A stretch of DNA of 64,000 nt from Scenedesmus sp. PABB004 (GCA_014905635.1 JABVCE010000003.1:992001-1056000), one strand, 5' to 3'. Positions 23,383 through 37,100 are shown, counted from the stretch's first letter. Made by a program: numbers and translations. Notes: a model not told the origin generated them from the sequence alone.

Positions 23383-25260
23383 ATGGACCCGCCGCGCAGC
23401 AGCGGCGGACCCGGCGGCGCCAGCGGCGCCAGCGCGGGCAGCGGAGACGGCAGCACGGGCGCCGGCGGCGGCGTCAGCAGCAGCCGCGGCGGCGCGGACG
23501 GCACCGGCGACGGCGGCGGGCGCGGCAGCAGCGACGGCGGCGGCGGCGCCGCCGGGCGCGCGTCGGCCGCGCCACCGCGCGAGCCCGCCGGCGCGGCGCC
23601 GCCGGCGCCGGGCGGCAAGGGCGGTGGGGGCAAGGCCGGCAGGCCCGCCGCCGCCGACCGCGCGCCGCCGCGGCGCAGCGGGCGCGAGCGCAGGACGGTG
23701 CAGCAGCCCGGCTACGTCGACTCGGGCAAGGTCTTCGCGCGCCCCCCGAGCCCCGCCGGCGGCGCCGGCGGCACGCCCGCGTGGCACGGCATCGCGCTGG
23801 GCGCGGCGCACCAGGCGGCGCTGCCCGCGCTGCGCCGCCGCGCGCCCGGCGGCCCGCCGCCGTGCGAGGCCAAGTTTGTGGGCGCGCTCGTGTGCGCCCC
23901 CGCGGCGCGGCGCGGCGCGGCCCGGCGGCGGCAGGAGCAGCAGCAGTCGCAGCAGGCGCAGCAGCAGTCGCAGCAGGTGCAGCGGCAGCAGGAGCAGCAG
24001 GAGCAGCAGCAGCAGCAGCAGCAGGGCGAGTGCGGCAGCAGTGTCAGCAGCAGCGCGGCCGGCGGCGGGCTGCCGCTGCCGGCCGGGCCCAACCCGGGGC
24101 GCACGCTCCCGCGCGGCACGTTCTGCAGGCAGTGGCAGGCGGCCGCCCCGGGCGAGGCGCGGCGCGCGCTGCTGCGGGGCTGGCTGCAGCGCATGGACGA
24201 CCACCTGGGGCCGGCGCTGGCACAGGTGCGCACCAGCACGGTGGCCGCCGCCAGACCGCACGCCCGCCCGCGCTGCGCGCCCGCGCACGGCGCCGCCTGC
24301 GCACGGCGCCGCCCGCGCGGCGCCCGCGCCCGGCCCACCTTGCCCGCCTTGCCGCCGCAGGCGCTGGGCGTGGCGCCGTCAGGCGGCCGCGTCGTCGTCG
24401 TCGGCTGGCACCCGGCCGAGGAGGTGCTGTTCACGCTGGGCATGCTGGAGAAGTGGAAGCTTTTCAAATACATAAAGCGCCGGTGCGCCCCGCAGGCCTG
24501 CTCCTCGCGCGCCGGCGCCGGGTTCGCACCCACGCCGCCGCGCCCGCGCCGCCGCGCCCGCGCCCGCCGCCGCTGCCGGCGGCGCAGGTACCTGCCGGGG
24601 CGCAGCGTGCAGGAGCTGGCGTCCTACTTTTACTGCTGCTTCAAGCCCCTGTGGACGGGCGTGGCGCAGGAGTACGCAGACCTGCAGGCCCACGCCAGCG
24701 CCGACGCGACGCGCTTCAGGGAGGAGCTGTGCCGACGGCTGCCCGGCATGTGGCACGGCGCGCTGGGCGCGCTCCCGCAGGCGGCGGCGCTGCCGCGCGG
24801 CGCCGAGGCGCACGCCGCGACGCACCCCGCGGTCGCGGCGGGCCTGGCCGAGGCGGCCAGCCGGGCCGCCGCCAGCGCCGCGGCGTGCGGCGGCCGCGCG
24901 CCACGCGGCAGCTGGCAGCGCAGGTTCCTCGCGGCGCAGGCCGGCGCGCCGGGGGCGGCCGAGGGCGCCGCGGCCGGCAGCAGCGGCGACGAGCAGCAGG
25001 GCAGCGGGGGGAGCAGCAGCACGAGCAGCGGCAGCGACAGCGACAGCGGCAGCGGGGCGGCCTCGGAACCCCCACACGAGCAGGGTTCGCCCCGCGCCGT
25101 CGTGGAGCTGGGCCCGCAGACGGCTGCGCGTCCCCGCAAGCGAGCCGCCGGTGCCGCCGCGCAGGGCGGCTTGGTCGCCAAGCGCCGCACGCCGCCGGCG
25201 GGGGGCGCTGCGGCCGGGGCGGCTTCGGGGGCAGCAGCGGCTGCAGGGCCGTCGGGGCGG

Positions 25261-25291
<31 letters not shown>

Positions 25292-25349
25292 AGAGGTCGC
25301 GGCAGACGTGGCAGCGGCAGAGGTGGAGGTGATTGCGCTCGACGCCTGA
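23383..25349 (+). CDS. SANT/Myb-like domain protein (putative chromatin regulator); start and stop uncertain
   Basis: WHPAEEVLFTLGMLEKWKLFKYIKRR|YLPGRSVQELASYFY matches the SANT pattern. In-frame introns 24226-24360 and 24483-24587. First in-frame ATG is 23383, but the frame is open and coding-like from ~23111. Stop at 25332 or 25349. Confidence 0.6.
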
Positions 25350-25760
25350 CGCCGCTGCCGGCGGCCGCGCCGCGCCGCGCGCCGCGCGCGGCTGCAGTTG
25401 GCACCCCGAGGTAACGCGGGCACGGTCGGTTGTTGCCATCGCCGCTGGTGGCAGCCCCTCTCTCTCCGCGCCGTGCATTCGAGCCGTTGGCAGCAGCGAG
25501 CAGGCAGCCACGCACGCGGGTGCGCGTGCCATGATGCGGCGGTGCAGCCGCGCGCCGTTATTGAGCTCGTTGGGCGCGCTTGATTTATTCAGGGCACGGC
25601 GCAAGCCGGAGCGGCGGCGGCACGTGCGCCCGTCCGAGGATCCGGCGACAGAGAGAAAGAGATCAGTGGTGCAGCACAGAAGGGCAGTCAGGCAGGCAGG
25701 AATCAGGGTTCAGCGCTCGCTCGTCAGAGTCGCTCCGCGCACAGGAACCTCACACCTCGC

Positions 25761-28700
25761 TCACACCAGCGGCAGCCTGAAGAAGCTGCGCACGTCCTCG
25801 GGGCGGTCCCCCGCGCGCAGCAGGCACTTGGGCGGGGCGCCGGCGCTGTAGAAGAAGCCCCAGCAGTCGGGCGCGGCGTTGCACGCGGCGCGGCAGTCGG
25901 CCACGCTCGCGCTCTCGCGCACGCCGCTGTCGCCCTGCACCGGGAGGGCGACGCCCTCCGCGCCGGCGGCCACGAGCGCGAGCCAGTCGACGCCGTCGGG
26001 CACGGCGCAGCGCGCGTACACGCCCGACGCCGCGGCGGCAGAGTCGGCCGCGTCGGCCGTGGGCGGCAGCCTGTAGTACACCTGCTGGCCAGACGTCGGC
26101 GCCGGCGCCGCGCCCTCGATCGCCGCGAGCGCGAGCCACGCGCAGTCGCCCGCGCCGGCCTCGGTGAGGGTGAGCTCCGCAAAGCAGCACTGGTCGTCGG
26201 GGCAGGCCGCGAGGCAGGCGGGCGCGGTGGTCGGGCCCGCCTCGGCAGTCCACGCGCCGAGCGCCGACAGCGCGTGCGACGTGCCCGCGTCGCCGCTGAG
26301 CTGCGTCGCGACGGGCACGCACGCGCGCCCCGCCGCGGCGCCGCCGATCAGCGTCGTGCCGGGCGACACGACGTCCTCCTCCTCGCCGAACGAGCTCTCG
26401 TACGACTGCGACGTCGCCGCGCAGGCCGTGCAGGCGCCGTCGGTGCCGTCCACGGGCTGGTAGGTGCCGACCGCGCACCTGGCGCACGCCACGGCCTCGC
26501 CGTCCGCGGCGGTGTTGCCGTAGCCGCGCGTGCACACTGCGGGCGGGGGGCGGGCGGCGCGCGGGTCGGCAGGGCCCATCGCGGCAGGGCCAGCCACTGA
26601 CCGGGGCGCGCGCGCACGCGCGCCCCGCGCGCGCCCGCGCGGCGCGGCGCCGCGCCGCGCCGGCGCGCACCGTCGCAGTCGTCGGCAGAGGTCGAGCGCT
26701 TGGCGGCGGTGGTCGCGCCGGCGGGGCACGCCGTGCAGAGGCTGTTGACGTCGGTCGGGCTGCCGCCGAGGCCGTACGCGCCGCGGGGGCACTCGAGCAC
26801 CTTGACGGTCGGGTCGCCCGGCAGCGCGTCGCCCGGCACGCTCACGCCGGCGGGCAGCACCCAGGGCGAGGTGCCGGCGGGCACGGAGGAGAAGTAGAGG
26901 CCATACCCGGGCGACACGAAGCAGTCGTCCGCGCTCGCCTGCTCCCCGGGCGTCGCCGTCGTCGTGCGCCCGGCCGGGCAGACGGTGCAGGGGACGAGCG
27001 TGCCCGCGGCCGCCCACGAGCCGGCGCTGCAGGGGCGGCTGGAGCGCACGTTGCCCGGCAGGGTGTCGACGCCGTAGCCGTCCATGTTGACGCAGTCGTC
27101 CGGCGAGGCCGAGCGCGGCGGCGAGACGAGGTTGACCGCGCACGGCCGGCACGCTGTCAGCGCTGGCGTCGCGCCGGTCAGGAAGAGGCGGTCGCCGCCG
27201 TCCCGGTCGCCGGCGGCGCCGTACGAGTTGGCGGGGCAGTCGGCCGCGACGTAGGCCGTGTCGTCGGCGGGGTCGAGCGACAGGCTCTGCCCGGGCAGGT
27301 AGTCTGCGGGCAGAGAGGCGCGGGGAGGGGCGGGGGCGCAGCGCCGCGGGTCAGCGCCGCGGGTCAGCGCAGCGGGTCAACGCAGCGGGTCAGCGCCGCG
27401 GGTCAGCGCCGCGGGGCACCACCTCTCCGCCCAGCCTGCGCGCGCGCCGGCGCCGCCGGCCAGCCCGCCGCGGCCCGCCGCCCCGGCTCACAGCAAGAGG
27501 CGAGGGACGTCGGCGCGAGGGTCGTATAGGCGGCGGGCAGGCCGGCAGAGTCGTCCGCGACGTCGTCGTTGGCCGCGGTGTCGGCGCTGCGCACGCCGGC
27601 GCCGCAGGGCGAGCACGCGGCCGAGCCGTCGCCGTCAGCCGTCTCCCTGACCGCGGGGTCGGCGTGCGTGACCCAGTCGGCGCGGTAGTAGCCCTTGCCG
27701 CTCGGCAGCGCGTTGGGGCACTTGGACAGGCCGTCGCCCCGGATGTAGAAGCCCGGCGGCACGGCGCACTCGGTGTCGTCCGCGGCGCCGACGCGCGCGG
27801 TGAGCGTGCCGCCGGGGCAGGGCGCGCAGGTGGAGGCGGTGCCGGGGGCGACCAGGCCGCCGGGGTAGAACGTGCCCCACGTGCACAGCGCCGGCGCGGC
27901 GTCGGCGCTCGCGTCGAGCAGCGTTGCGAACGCCAAGTCGTAGCCCGGCAGCCCGACTGCGGCCAAGGCGGGGCGGGGCGGGGCGGGGCGGGGAGGGTGA
28001 GCGGGCGGGCGGGTGCGGGCGCGTGTGTGACACGCACGCGTGCGCGCGCGCACTGCCGGCCCGCGGTCCGCGGCGCCGCCACGCTCACTGTTGCAGTCGG
28101 TGCGCTGCGACTTGCCGCCGGCGTTGGTGGTGAAGCCGCGCGGGCAGCGCGTGCAGAGCTGCGCGTCGGTCGAGCTGGGCAGGGCGGGGCCGGCGCGGAA
28201 GGTGCCCTTGGGGCAGCGCCGCACGGCGTTGCCCGCGTAGTAGCTGCCCGCGGGCACGCCTGCGGCGCGGTGCAGCGGACGGCGGCGGTCGGCGGCGCGC
28301 GCGGCGGGCGAGGGGGCCAGCGGCGCGCACGGCGGGCGCGGCGGGCGTGGCGCGGCGGCGGGCTCACGGCAGGCGAGGTCCAGGCTCGTGCGCAGCGCGC
28401 CGGCGGCGAGGCCGGTGTTGGCGACCATGCCAGCCGGGCAGGGCGTGCAGGCGGCGACGCGCGCGCCGCCGACGGCGTAGCTGGCGGGGCCACACGCTGT
28501 CGCCTCCTGGGTGGTGCGAGCGGCGGCGCTCAGGAAGTAGCCGGGGAGCGGCACGCTGTGTGCGCACGGGGCGGGGGCGGGCAGAGAGCGGGAGCGTCAG
28601 CTGCACAGCGGGGGCGTGGCGGGCGGTGGCCTCGCCCGCCGGCGCGTCGCACGGTGCCGGCCTCGGGTGTGCGAGCGCGCGCGCCGTCCGGCACGCCCCC

Positions 28701-29434
28701 CGGACTGCCCCCGCAAGGCCCCCACACAAACACACACAAACCCACACACGCGCGCACCACTGCGTGGACTGGTAGGACTTGACGGCCGGCGTGGTGAGGC
28801 CCCGCGCGGCAACGCTGGCGGTCGTGGCGGCCGCGGCCGCCACCTCGCCGTGGTAGCAGGAGCGCCGCACGCCGCGCGCGGCCGCGGACGTGTCGGCGTT
28901 GCCGGCCGCGGGGTTGCCGCCCTCGCACCAGTAGCCCTGCCGGCGGCGGCGGCAAGCGGCGGCGCGCGTGAAGGCTTTGCGAGGCGGGGCGCGGCGGCCG
29001 CGTGCGCGCCGAGGTGCCCCCGCGCGCACCTTCTCGCACGGGCGGCACACGCAGGGCGAGGAGCGGCAGTCCTCGTAGGAGCCGCGCGGGCACACTGGCG
29101 CGGCACGGCGCGCGGCGCGGCGTGGTCGGCGCGGCGGCGGCGGGGAGGGGAGGCGCGCGCGCGCGCGCGGCGGCTGCTCACCGCACTGCTGGCGCGTGGC
29201 GGAGCTGGTGTACGTGGGCAGGCAGGTTGAGCACACCGCCACGCGCGCGCCGTTGACGACGGAGACCAGGCACTTGCCAGGCGTGCAGCGCGCGATGATG
29301 CTCGCGCAGGTCCCGCCGGCCTGCAGGAGGGACCGCTCGGGCGCGGCGCCCACGCGGGCCGTGCCGGCCAGGAGCGCGAGGAGGAGGACGGGGAGGAGTC
29401 TCAGGCCTCGCGTGGGCGGTGTCTCGGGCGCCAT
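25761..29434 (-). CDS. Secreted Cys-rich protein with GCC2/GCC3 (ephrin-receptor-like) repeats and C-terminal PAN/Apple-like domain(s)
   Basis: Signal peptide (LLPVLLLALLAGTA); many CPxG(T/S)(Y/F)..CxxCPxGxTT units; C-terminal SVADCRAACNAAPDCWGFFY..KCLLR; stop 25761-25763. Confidence 0.8.
27339..27416. repeat. Intronic tandem repeat, 13-bp unit x6 (cagcgccgcgggt)
   Basis: Six adjacent near-identical units. Confidence 0.9.
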
Positions 29435-30013
29435 TGGTGCCTGCGCGGCGTGCGGCGGCGGCGCGCGGCGAGAGCAGCGGCGGCGTTGGCCGGCGCGTGC
29501 GCGCGAGTGCAGGGGCCTCCGGCCTCGTGCGCCACCGCGGATGGGAGTGGGCATATCGGGGCGCGCCCGGGGCGCGGTCGGGCGCTCACCGTGGTGCGGG
29601 CAGGCCGCGGGCGGGGCGCGAAGGCAAAGTGCCGCACGAGCTCGGACTCGCGGGGCGTCGGCTCCCGGCAGTTTCCACGTGAACAAGGTGATGCGCAGTG
29701 AGCCGGGAGCGCCCTTTAAGCACCACGCAGGGCGCCGCAGTCGAGGTTTCTGCGCGCACGCGCGCGTTTGACCGAATGACGCTCGTCATCTCCGCGGCTG
29801 TCGCCGGCGCTGATTGGCGCTCATTGGCGGCCGCCCTGCGGTTGCGGCACGGGCGCCGCTCCGAGGCCGAGTTACCCGAGACTCGCGCTCGCACTCGCCG
29901 CTCAAATACATCACGCCGGCCGACCGATCCGCGCCACGCAACGCGCCTCCCCGCTTGCAAACGCGGGCACGCGGCGCACCAACCACGACAGCGTCCTGCA
30001 CGCCAACCTGCAC

Positions 30014-31117
30014 CTAGCCCCCCTCGCTCGCTCCCGCCGCGTCGCCGCACGCGGCGCGCACAAAGCCCGCGCACCCGCCCTGCGCGCCCGCGCCCAGCAC
30101 CACCCCCAGCAGGCCCATGGCGTCGGCCAGGTCCTGCAGCCCCAGCGCGCCCTCGCCCTCCTCCAGCAGCTCCAGGAGCTCGCCCGCGGCCGCGGCGCAC
30201 GCCGGCAGGTCGCGCAGCCGCGCCGCCATCGCGGCGGGCCAGCCGCTGCCGCCGCCGCTCGCCGCCGCGCCCAGCGCGGGCTTGGCCCAATGCTGCAGCC
30301 AGTCCACGACGCCGACCAGGCGCACCATCGGCGCGGCGGCCTCGAACAGCTGCTCGTCTGACAGCCCAGCCACGGCCGCCGCGAGGCCCTGCTTGGCGGC
30401 CGCGCCGGCGCTGGGGCCGCCGCCGCCGCCGCTGCCGCCGCTGCCGGCGGCATCGCCGCCGGCGCCGGCGCCGGCCTCGCCCGCGCGGCTGCTGCGCCGC
30501 CGGTGGCCGCCGCCGCCGCCGCCGCTGCCGCTGGCCGTCTCGCCGGCCGCGCCGCCGCTGGCGCGCAGCCAGTGCGCCACGCCGTGCCGCACCGCGACCG
30601 CCAGCAGCGAGCGGCGCGCGGCCATCCACTCCGCGGGGCTGCTCAGCAGCAGGGAGAGCGCGAGCACGAATGACGCGCAGCCGCTCGCCTCGGCCAGGTC
30701 CTCGGCGCTGCAGCCCGCGCCGCGCCGCGCCGCGCCGGCGGGCGGCGCGGGCGTGGGCGCGGGCGGACCGCCCGCCAGGCCCAGCGCCGCGCCCGCGCCC
30801 GCGCCCGCCGCGAGCAGCGCGTGCGCCTCGGCCAGCTCGCCGGGCGCCGCCTCGCCCGCGTAGTACCGCCCGAGGCCGAGCAGCGCGAGCAGCAGGCGCG
30901 CGTTGCTCGCGCGCCCGCCGCCGCGCGCCTCGGCGCTGAAGCTCAGGCGGTACGCAAAGCGCCGCAGCAGCGCCGCGACGTCCGCCGCAGCGAGGCTCAG
31001 CCGCAGCAGGCTGCTGTCGCTCTCGCGGAACGCCGCGGCGCGGCGGCTCAGGCTCACGCCCACGGGCGGCGGCGGCGGCGGCGCCGCCACCGCGCCGCCG
31101 CTGGCGGCGCCGTCCGG

Positions 31118-31187
<70 letters not shown>

Positions 31188-34100
31188 CCGCGCGCCGCGG
31201 CGCCGCCCGCCGCGGCCTGCTCCGCGGCGCTCGGCGCGACGAGCTGCTGCTGCCAGAGCGCCGCGACCGCCGCGGCGTACGCCGCGTCGGCGCCGCCGGC
31301 CGCGGGCGCGGGCAGCGGCAGCAGCGCGTTGCAGAGCACGCTGCCGTTGCGCAGCGTCGCGCCCGCCCACTCGCGCTTGGGCTGGCGCAGCGCGGCGTCG
31401 GCCGCCTTGGCGGCCGCGTGGCAGGCCACGTGGATGAGGTTGAAGTGTGACACGCTCGCGAGGACCAGCCCATGCGGCGTGCTCCACGGCGGCGCGCAGC
31501 CGGGCCACTCGGCAACGGCGCAGACGCGCGTGAACGCGTACGCGCCGAGCAGCCCGCCCGGCTGCGCGCCGTAGCCCTCGCGGCAGACCATGCACGCGGC
31601 GTCGTCGTCGTCGGCGCCCGCGTCGAGCGCCGCGAGCTCCGCCGCGAGCGGCGAGAGCGCGGGCACGCCGCCGGGGCTGGGCAGGATGCGCGGGCCGCCG
31701 CCGCCGCCGCCGCCGCCGCCGTCGACCTGCACCATGCCCAGGCTCGCGAGCAGCGCCTCGCGCTGCCGCGCCGCGCGCGCGCGCATCGCGTCGGCCGTGG
31801 CGGCGCGCAGGCCCGCGACCGTGACCGCCACGGCCGGCTCGCCCGCGCCCGCGAGCGCCTCGAGGCAGGCCTCCGCGAGCGGCGTGAGCGTCGACCCCCC
31901 CGCCGTGCCCTCGAGCACGTGAAGCAGCGGCAGCAGGCGCGGCGCGCCGCTGCCCAGCGCGGCCGCGGTGGGCGCGTGCCCTGCGGCGAGCGCGGCGAGC
32001 AGGCGCAGCGCAAACGGCACGCCCGGCCGCCCCGCCGAGCGCGCCCAGGCGTCGCTGCCGGGGCGCACGAGGCCCGCCGCTGCCGCGGCCGCCGCCGCCG
32101 CGGACGAGGCGGGCGTGGGCGGCGGCGACGGGCTGGCCGCCGCGCCCAGCTCGGCCTCGCGCTCGCTGAACGCCGCCAGCAGGTAGGCCGACAGGCGGCC
32201 GGGCACGCCCTGCTGCAGCGCGAGCTGCTTGAAGCCCGCCGCCGCCGCCGCCGCCGGCGCCGCGCCGCCACTCGCGGCGCTGCCCCCGTCTGCGTCGCTG
32301 CCGAGCGCCTCGCACAGGCGCAGCAGGCCCTGCAGCTGCAGGCGGTGCTCCTGCGCCGTGAGCCCGCCGTCGGCGGCGGCGTGCACGGCCGACAGCACCG
32401 CGTCGCCGCCGGCGCCGTCGCCGCTGCCCTCGTCCCGCGGCGCGCCCGCCTCGGCCGCCGCCCCGGGCTCGCCGGCGGCGGCGTCGGCTGCGCACGCCGC
32501 GTCGAGCGCCGCCAGGTCGAGCGCGGGAGTAAAGTGCTGCAGCAGGCCCAGCTGCGCGGCGCCGCTGTGCTGCGCGAGCGCGGTGAGCAGGCGCGCCAGC
32601 ACCGCGGCGCAGCTCCCAAGCCCTGCGAGCTCCAGCATGCTCAGGCCGTCTGCGAGCTGCGCGACCTCCCTGGCAGAAGAGGAGGAGCCGGGCTGCGCGG
32701 CGGGCGGAGCCGGCGCGGCCGGCGCGGCGTCGCTGCCGGCGCCTGCTCCCGCCGCCGCCGCGAGCTCCCGCGCGAGCAGGCCCTGCTGCCGCTGCGGCTG
32801 CGGCTGAGGCGACGCCGGCACGAACACGGCGGCGCCGCCGTTGATGCCGCCGCCGCCAGCGGCGCTGGTGTCGAGCAGCACCGGCCGCCCGCTGGCGTTG
32901 GCCTCCGCCGCCAGCACCTCCAGCACCTCGAGCAGCAGCAGCAGCTGCGCGCCGGCCATGCCGCCGCCCAGCGCCGGCTTGGCGGCAGGGGCGCCCGCGC
33001 CCGCGCCGCCGCGGCCCGCCGCCGCGAGCAGCGGCGAGCAGGCCTGGTGCACCAGGTGCAGCAGCGCGCCCAGCGCGCCGCGCGCCAGCAGCGCCGCGCG
33101 GCAGGGCGCCAGCCGCACCGCCGCCCGCAGCAGCACGAGCACCTGGCCGCGCGCGCGGCGCAGCGCGCCCAGCGGCGCCTGCTGCGCCGCGAGCAGCAGG
33201 CCCAGCAGCACCGACAGGCCGGCGCCGTCGCCCGCCGCCAGCGCCGCCGCGAGCGCGTGCTCCGCCTCGCTGCCCTCCGCGCCGCCCGGCGCCGCCGCCA
33301 GCTCCTTGACGAGCGGCTCGGTCGCTTCGCCGTCCAGGCCGGACAGCCGGAACGTGACCGGCATCGCCGCGCCCGGCGGCGGCGCCGCGCCGGCCGCGCC
33401 GCGCGCGCCGGCGCCCGTGCGGCGCTGGCGCGGCCACCAGTGGCGCTCCACGACGTCCGCCACGGGCAGCGCGAGCGAGACGATGGAGCCGCCGACCAGC
33501 AGCTCCATGCCAAAGTCGTCGTCCAGCAGGCCTGTGCCCCGGCGGCGCGGCGGCGGCGGCGCGGCACGGCGGCGCGCGGCGGGGCGGGCGGGCGGGGTCG
33601 GCGGGCGCGCGGCCGCGCGCAGGCACGGCGGGGCCCTGCGCGGCGCGCCCGGGTCGCACCCGCCATGTCGAGGCGCGCGCAGACGTAGTTCTTGACGTCC
33701 CGCATCAGCGGCGCGCCGCCTCCGCCGCCGCCGCCGCCGCCGCCGCGCGGCAGCGCCGACAGCGCGACGAGGCCGCCGCTCGGGAGCTGGCCGGGAATGA
33801 ACTCCTCCTGACTGCCCGCCTTCTCCAGCAGCAGCTGGTAGCTCGGCGCGGCCTTCTCGGGCACCACCGCCGCCGCGAGCAGCGCCACGAGCGACGCGCA
33901 CACCGCTGCCGCGCCGGGCGGCGGCGGCGACGGCGCTGCCGGCGCGCCCCCCGCCGCACCGCCCGCCGGCAGGCGGCGCAGCTCGGCGCCGAGCGCCTCG
34001 ACCAGCGCCGCCACGAGCTGCGCCCGCCGCGCCTCGAGCACCGCCGGGGCAGCGGCGGCAGCGCGGCGAGCGCGGCCGCGCCACCGGCCTGCGCGCCGGC

Positions 34101-37100
34101 GCCGTCGCCGCTGCTGCTGCTGGCGTCGCTGGTGCGGCTGCCGCCGTCGCTGCTCACGCCGCCGCCGTCCGCGGCGCTGCCGCCCTCCAGCCAGCCCTGC
34201 CGGAGCAGGGCGTGCAGCCGCTCCGCCGCGGCGCGGCTGGCCGCCGAGCGCGCCGACAGCAGCGCGTCCAGGCCGGCCGTGGCCCACAGCAGGTCGCACA
34301 GGCAGGCGTGGCCGACCCAGCCGCCCTCACCCGCCGCGTCGGCCGCCGCCGCCTGCAGCTGCGCCAGGCCGAGCAGCAGCCGCTCCACCAGCCCCACCAG
34401 CAGCGGCAGGGCCGGCGCGGCGTCGCCCGTGCACGCCGCGCCGTCGTCATTGCCCGGCGTGAGCGGCCGGCGCTGCCGCTGCTCCTGCAGCAGCAGCGAC
34501 TGCGCCGCGCCGCGCAGCTGCCCGGCGACGGCGGCGAGCAGCTCGCCGAGCGCGGCGCGCGCAGCGCCGGCGTCGGCCGCCGCCTCGCCGCCGCGCTGCG
34601 CGGCCTCCCCGGTGCCATGCTCGCCGCCCGCGCCCGCCACCAGCGCGGCGACCGCGTCGGTCAGCAGGCCGACCAGCTCCTGCCCCGCCGCGGCCGCGGG
34701 CAGCAGCGCGGGCAGCCGCGCCTGCAGCAGCGCCAGCCGCTCCGCCGGCCGCGGGCGCAGCTGCGCCACGACGGCCGCCGCCTCCTTGCGCAGCTGCGGG
34801 CTGTGCGGGTGCAGCAGGAGGCCGGTCGCAAGCTCCAGCAGCTGCGCCAGCGGCAGCAGCTCGCGCGTGTCGGGCGCCGCTGCCGGCGGCGGGGGCGGCG
34901 CTGGGGGCGCCGCCGCCGACTGCAGGTGCGACTGCGGCTGCCGCTGCTGCGCCTGCTGCGCCGCGGCCGCGGGCTTGCCAGCTGGCGACGCTGCCGGCGG
35001 GCTGGTCGCGGCCAGCCCCTGCGGCTGCCGCCTGCCGCCGAGCGCGGCGCCGGCGCGCAGCGGCCCGCCACGTCCGCCGCCGCCGCCGGCGGCGCCCTGC
35101 AGCGCGCCCGCCAGGCGCTGCTGCTGCTGGCCGGGCGGGCCGCCCGAGCCCCGCCGGCTCAGGTAGTCCGCCACCTTGCGCGCCTCGAGCTCCTCTGCCA
35201 GCTGCGCGTCGTCCTCCGGCTCCGCCGCCTGCGCGGCCGGCGCACCAAAGGCGCCCCCGGCCGCGTGCGCCGCCGCCGCCGCCGCCGCCGCCTCGCCCGC
35301 GGGCGCCAGCGCGGGCGCCGGCGCGGGCGCGAGGGCCGCCGCGTCCGCGCCTGCCACGCGCGCTTCGGGCGCGGCGAGCTGCCGCTGCACGCCCGCGACG
35401 GTCGCCAGCACGCGCAGGCCCGGCAGCAGAAGGAGCTCCGGCCACACCGCCTGCCGCCCCGCGAGGCCAGCAGCGGCCGCCTGCAGCAGGCGCAGCAGGA
35501 GGCGCGGCGCCGCGACGAGCGCCGCAGGCGCCGCCGCGTCTGGCCGCTCGCGCTGCTGCTTCTCCAGTCGCTGCGCGTCGCCGCGCGCCAGCAAGAGCAG
35601 CAGCTGCACCGAGTGCCCCACCGCGGGCAGGCTGAGCGCGCCGTCGTCGCCGCGCGCGCGCCGCGCCGGAAGCAGCGCCGCCTCGAGCGCCGACAGCAGC
35701 GCGGCGTGCGCGGCCGCGTCCGCCCGAGCGAGGGCCAGCAGAAGCTGCCACACGCCGCTCGCCGCCGTGGTCGCGCCCGCCGCCGACGGCCGCGCTGCCG
35801 AGCTGCCGCCGCCGGTGGCAGCAGCCGCCGCGCCGCCGAGGCCCCCGCCCGGCTGCAGCAGGCCCAGCAGCACCGGCATGGCGCGCTCGTGCGCGAGGCC
35901 GGCCGCCACGGCCTCGGGCGCCGCCGACAGCATCGTGGCCAGCAGGTGCAGGCAGGCGCCCAGCACGGCCTGCGCGTGCCCGTAGCCGCAGCCCGCAAAT
36001 TGCGCCCCGCCCGCGCCGCCGCCGCCGCGCAGCTCCTCGAGCGGCAGGCCGCCGCCGCCGCGCAGCTCCTCGAGCGGCAGGCCGCCGCCGCCGCCGCCGC
36101 GTTCCGCGCCGCTGGCCGCCGCGTCCGCGTCGGCCGCCGCGTCCGCGTCGGCCACGGCCGCCTGGATGGCCGCGTGCGCGCGCGCGGCGGACAGCGCCGC
36201 CTCGTGCGCCGGCTTGCAGCGCTGCGTGTACTGCGACAGCAGCCGGCCCACGCCCGGGCGCAGGCCCTGACCGACGCCCGCGCCGCCGCCGGAGCTGGCG
36301 CCGCCGCCGGAGCTGGCGCCGCCGCCGGCGCTCGACGCGGCGCCGGCGCTCCCGCGCCCGCGCGCCGCGCCGGAGAACGGCGCCGCCGCGAGCGCGGCCG
36401 CCTGGTGCGCCGCCGCGGCCGCCGCCTGGTGGAGCGCCGCGGCCGTGTGGCTGGCGACCTCGGCCGCGTCGTCGAGGCCGGCGAGCGCCGCGCCCCGGTG
36501 CGGCTCCCCGAGCTGCGGCACGTGGTCCGGCGCGGGCGCCGCGAGCAGCTGCACCTCGAAACGGCCGTACCTGCGGGGCAGCGTGCGCGGGCGCGTGGGC
36601 GCGCGCGCGCGTGCGCGTGGGCGTGCAGCGCTGCGCCGCGCCGCCCGCGGCTGGCGGTGCGTGAGGGCGCGCACTCGCACCTGCTGTGCCCGCACTCTGA
36701 GCACATGAATGCGTCGGGCGCCTCGTAGTTGATGTGCCGGCACTGCCGGCACTGGTACGCGTTCTCCCTGCGCAGCACGGCGCACGGCGCGGCGCGGCGC
36801 GCACGTCGGCGGCACGCCGCGGACGCGGCGGCGGCACACGCGCAGCGCCGCGCCGGCGCGGCCCCCCGTGCGCCGCGCGGCGCGCGGCCGCGCCTGCAGT
36901 AGCTGCACATGCCGTGCCGGTCCGTCACGACGTGGCTGCAGCGCGGGCAGTGCAGCACCTCGGCGGCGGCCTCGTTCACGCTCGCGTGGAAGGCCGTGAG
37001 CTCGACCATGAGGCAGCTCAGCAGCAGCGGCAGGCCGAGCTCAACCGACACCTCGGTCTGCCCGGGCGCGAGCGACACGTGCGGTACCGCGAGCCGCCAG

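Noticed and set aside
27339..27416. Short repeat arrays (also 13776-13996 and ~56186-56232) as CRISPR or telomeric repeats
   Set aside because: No unique spacers, no cas genes, eukaryotic context, and not TTTAGGG-like.
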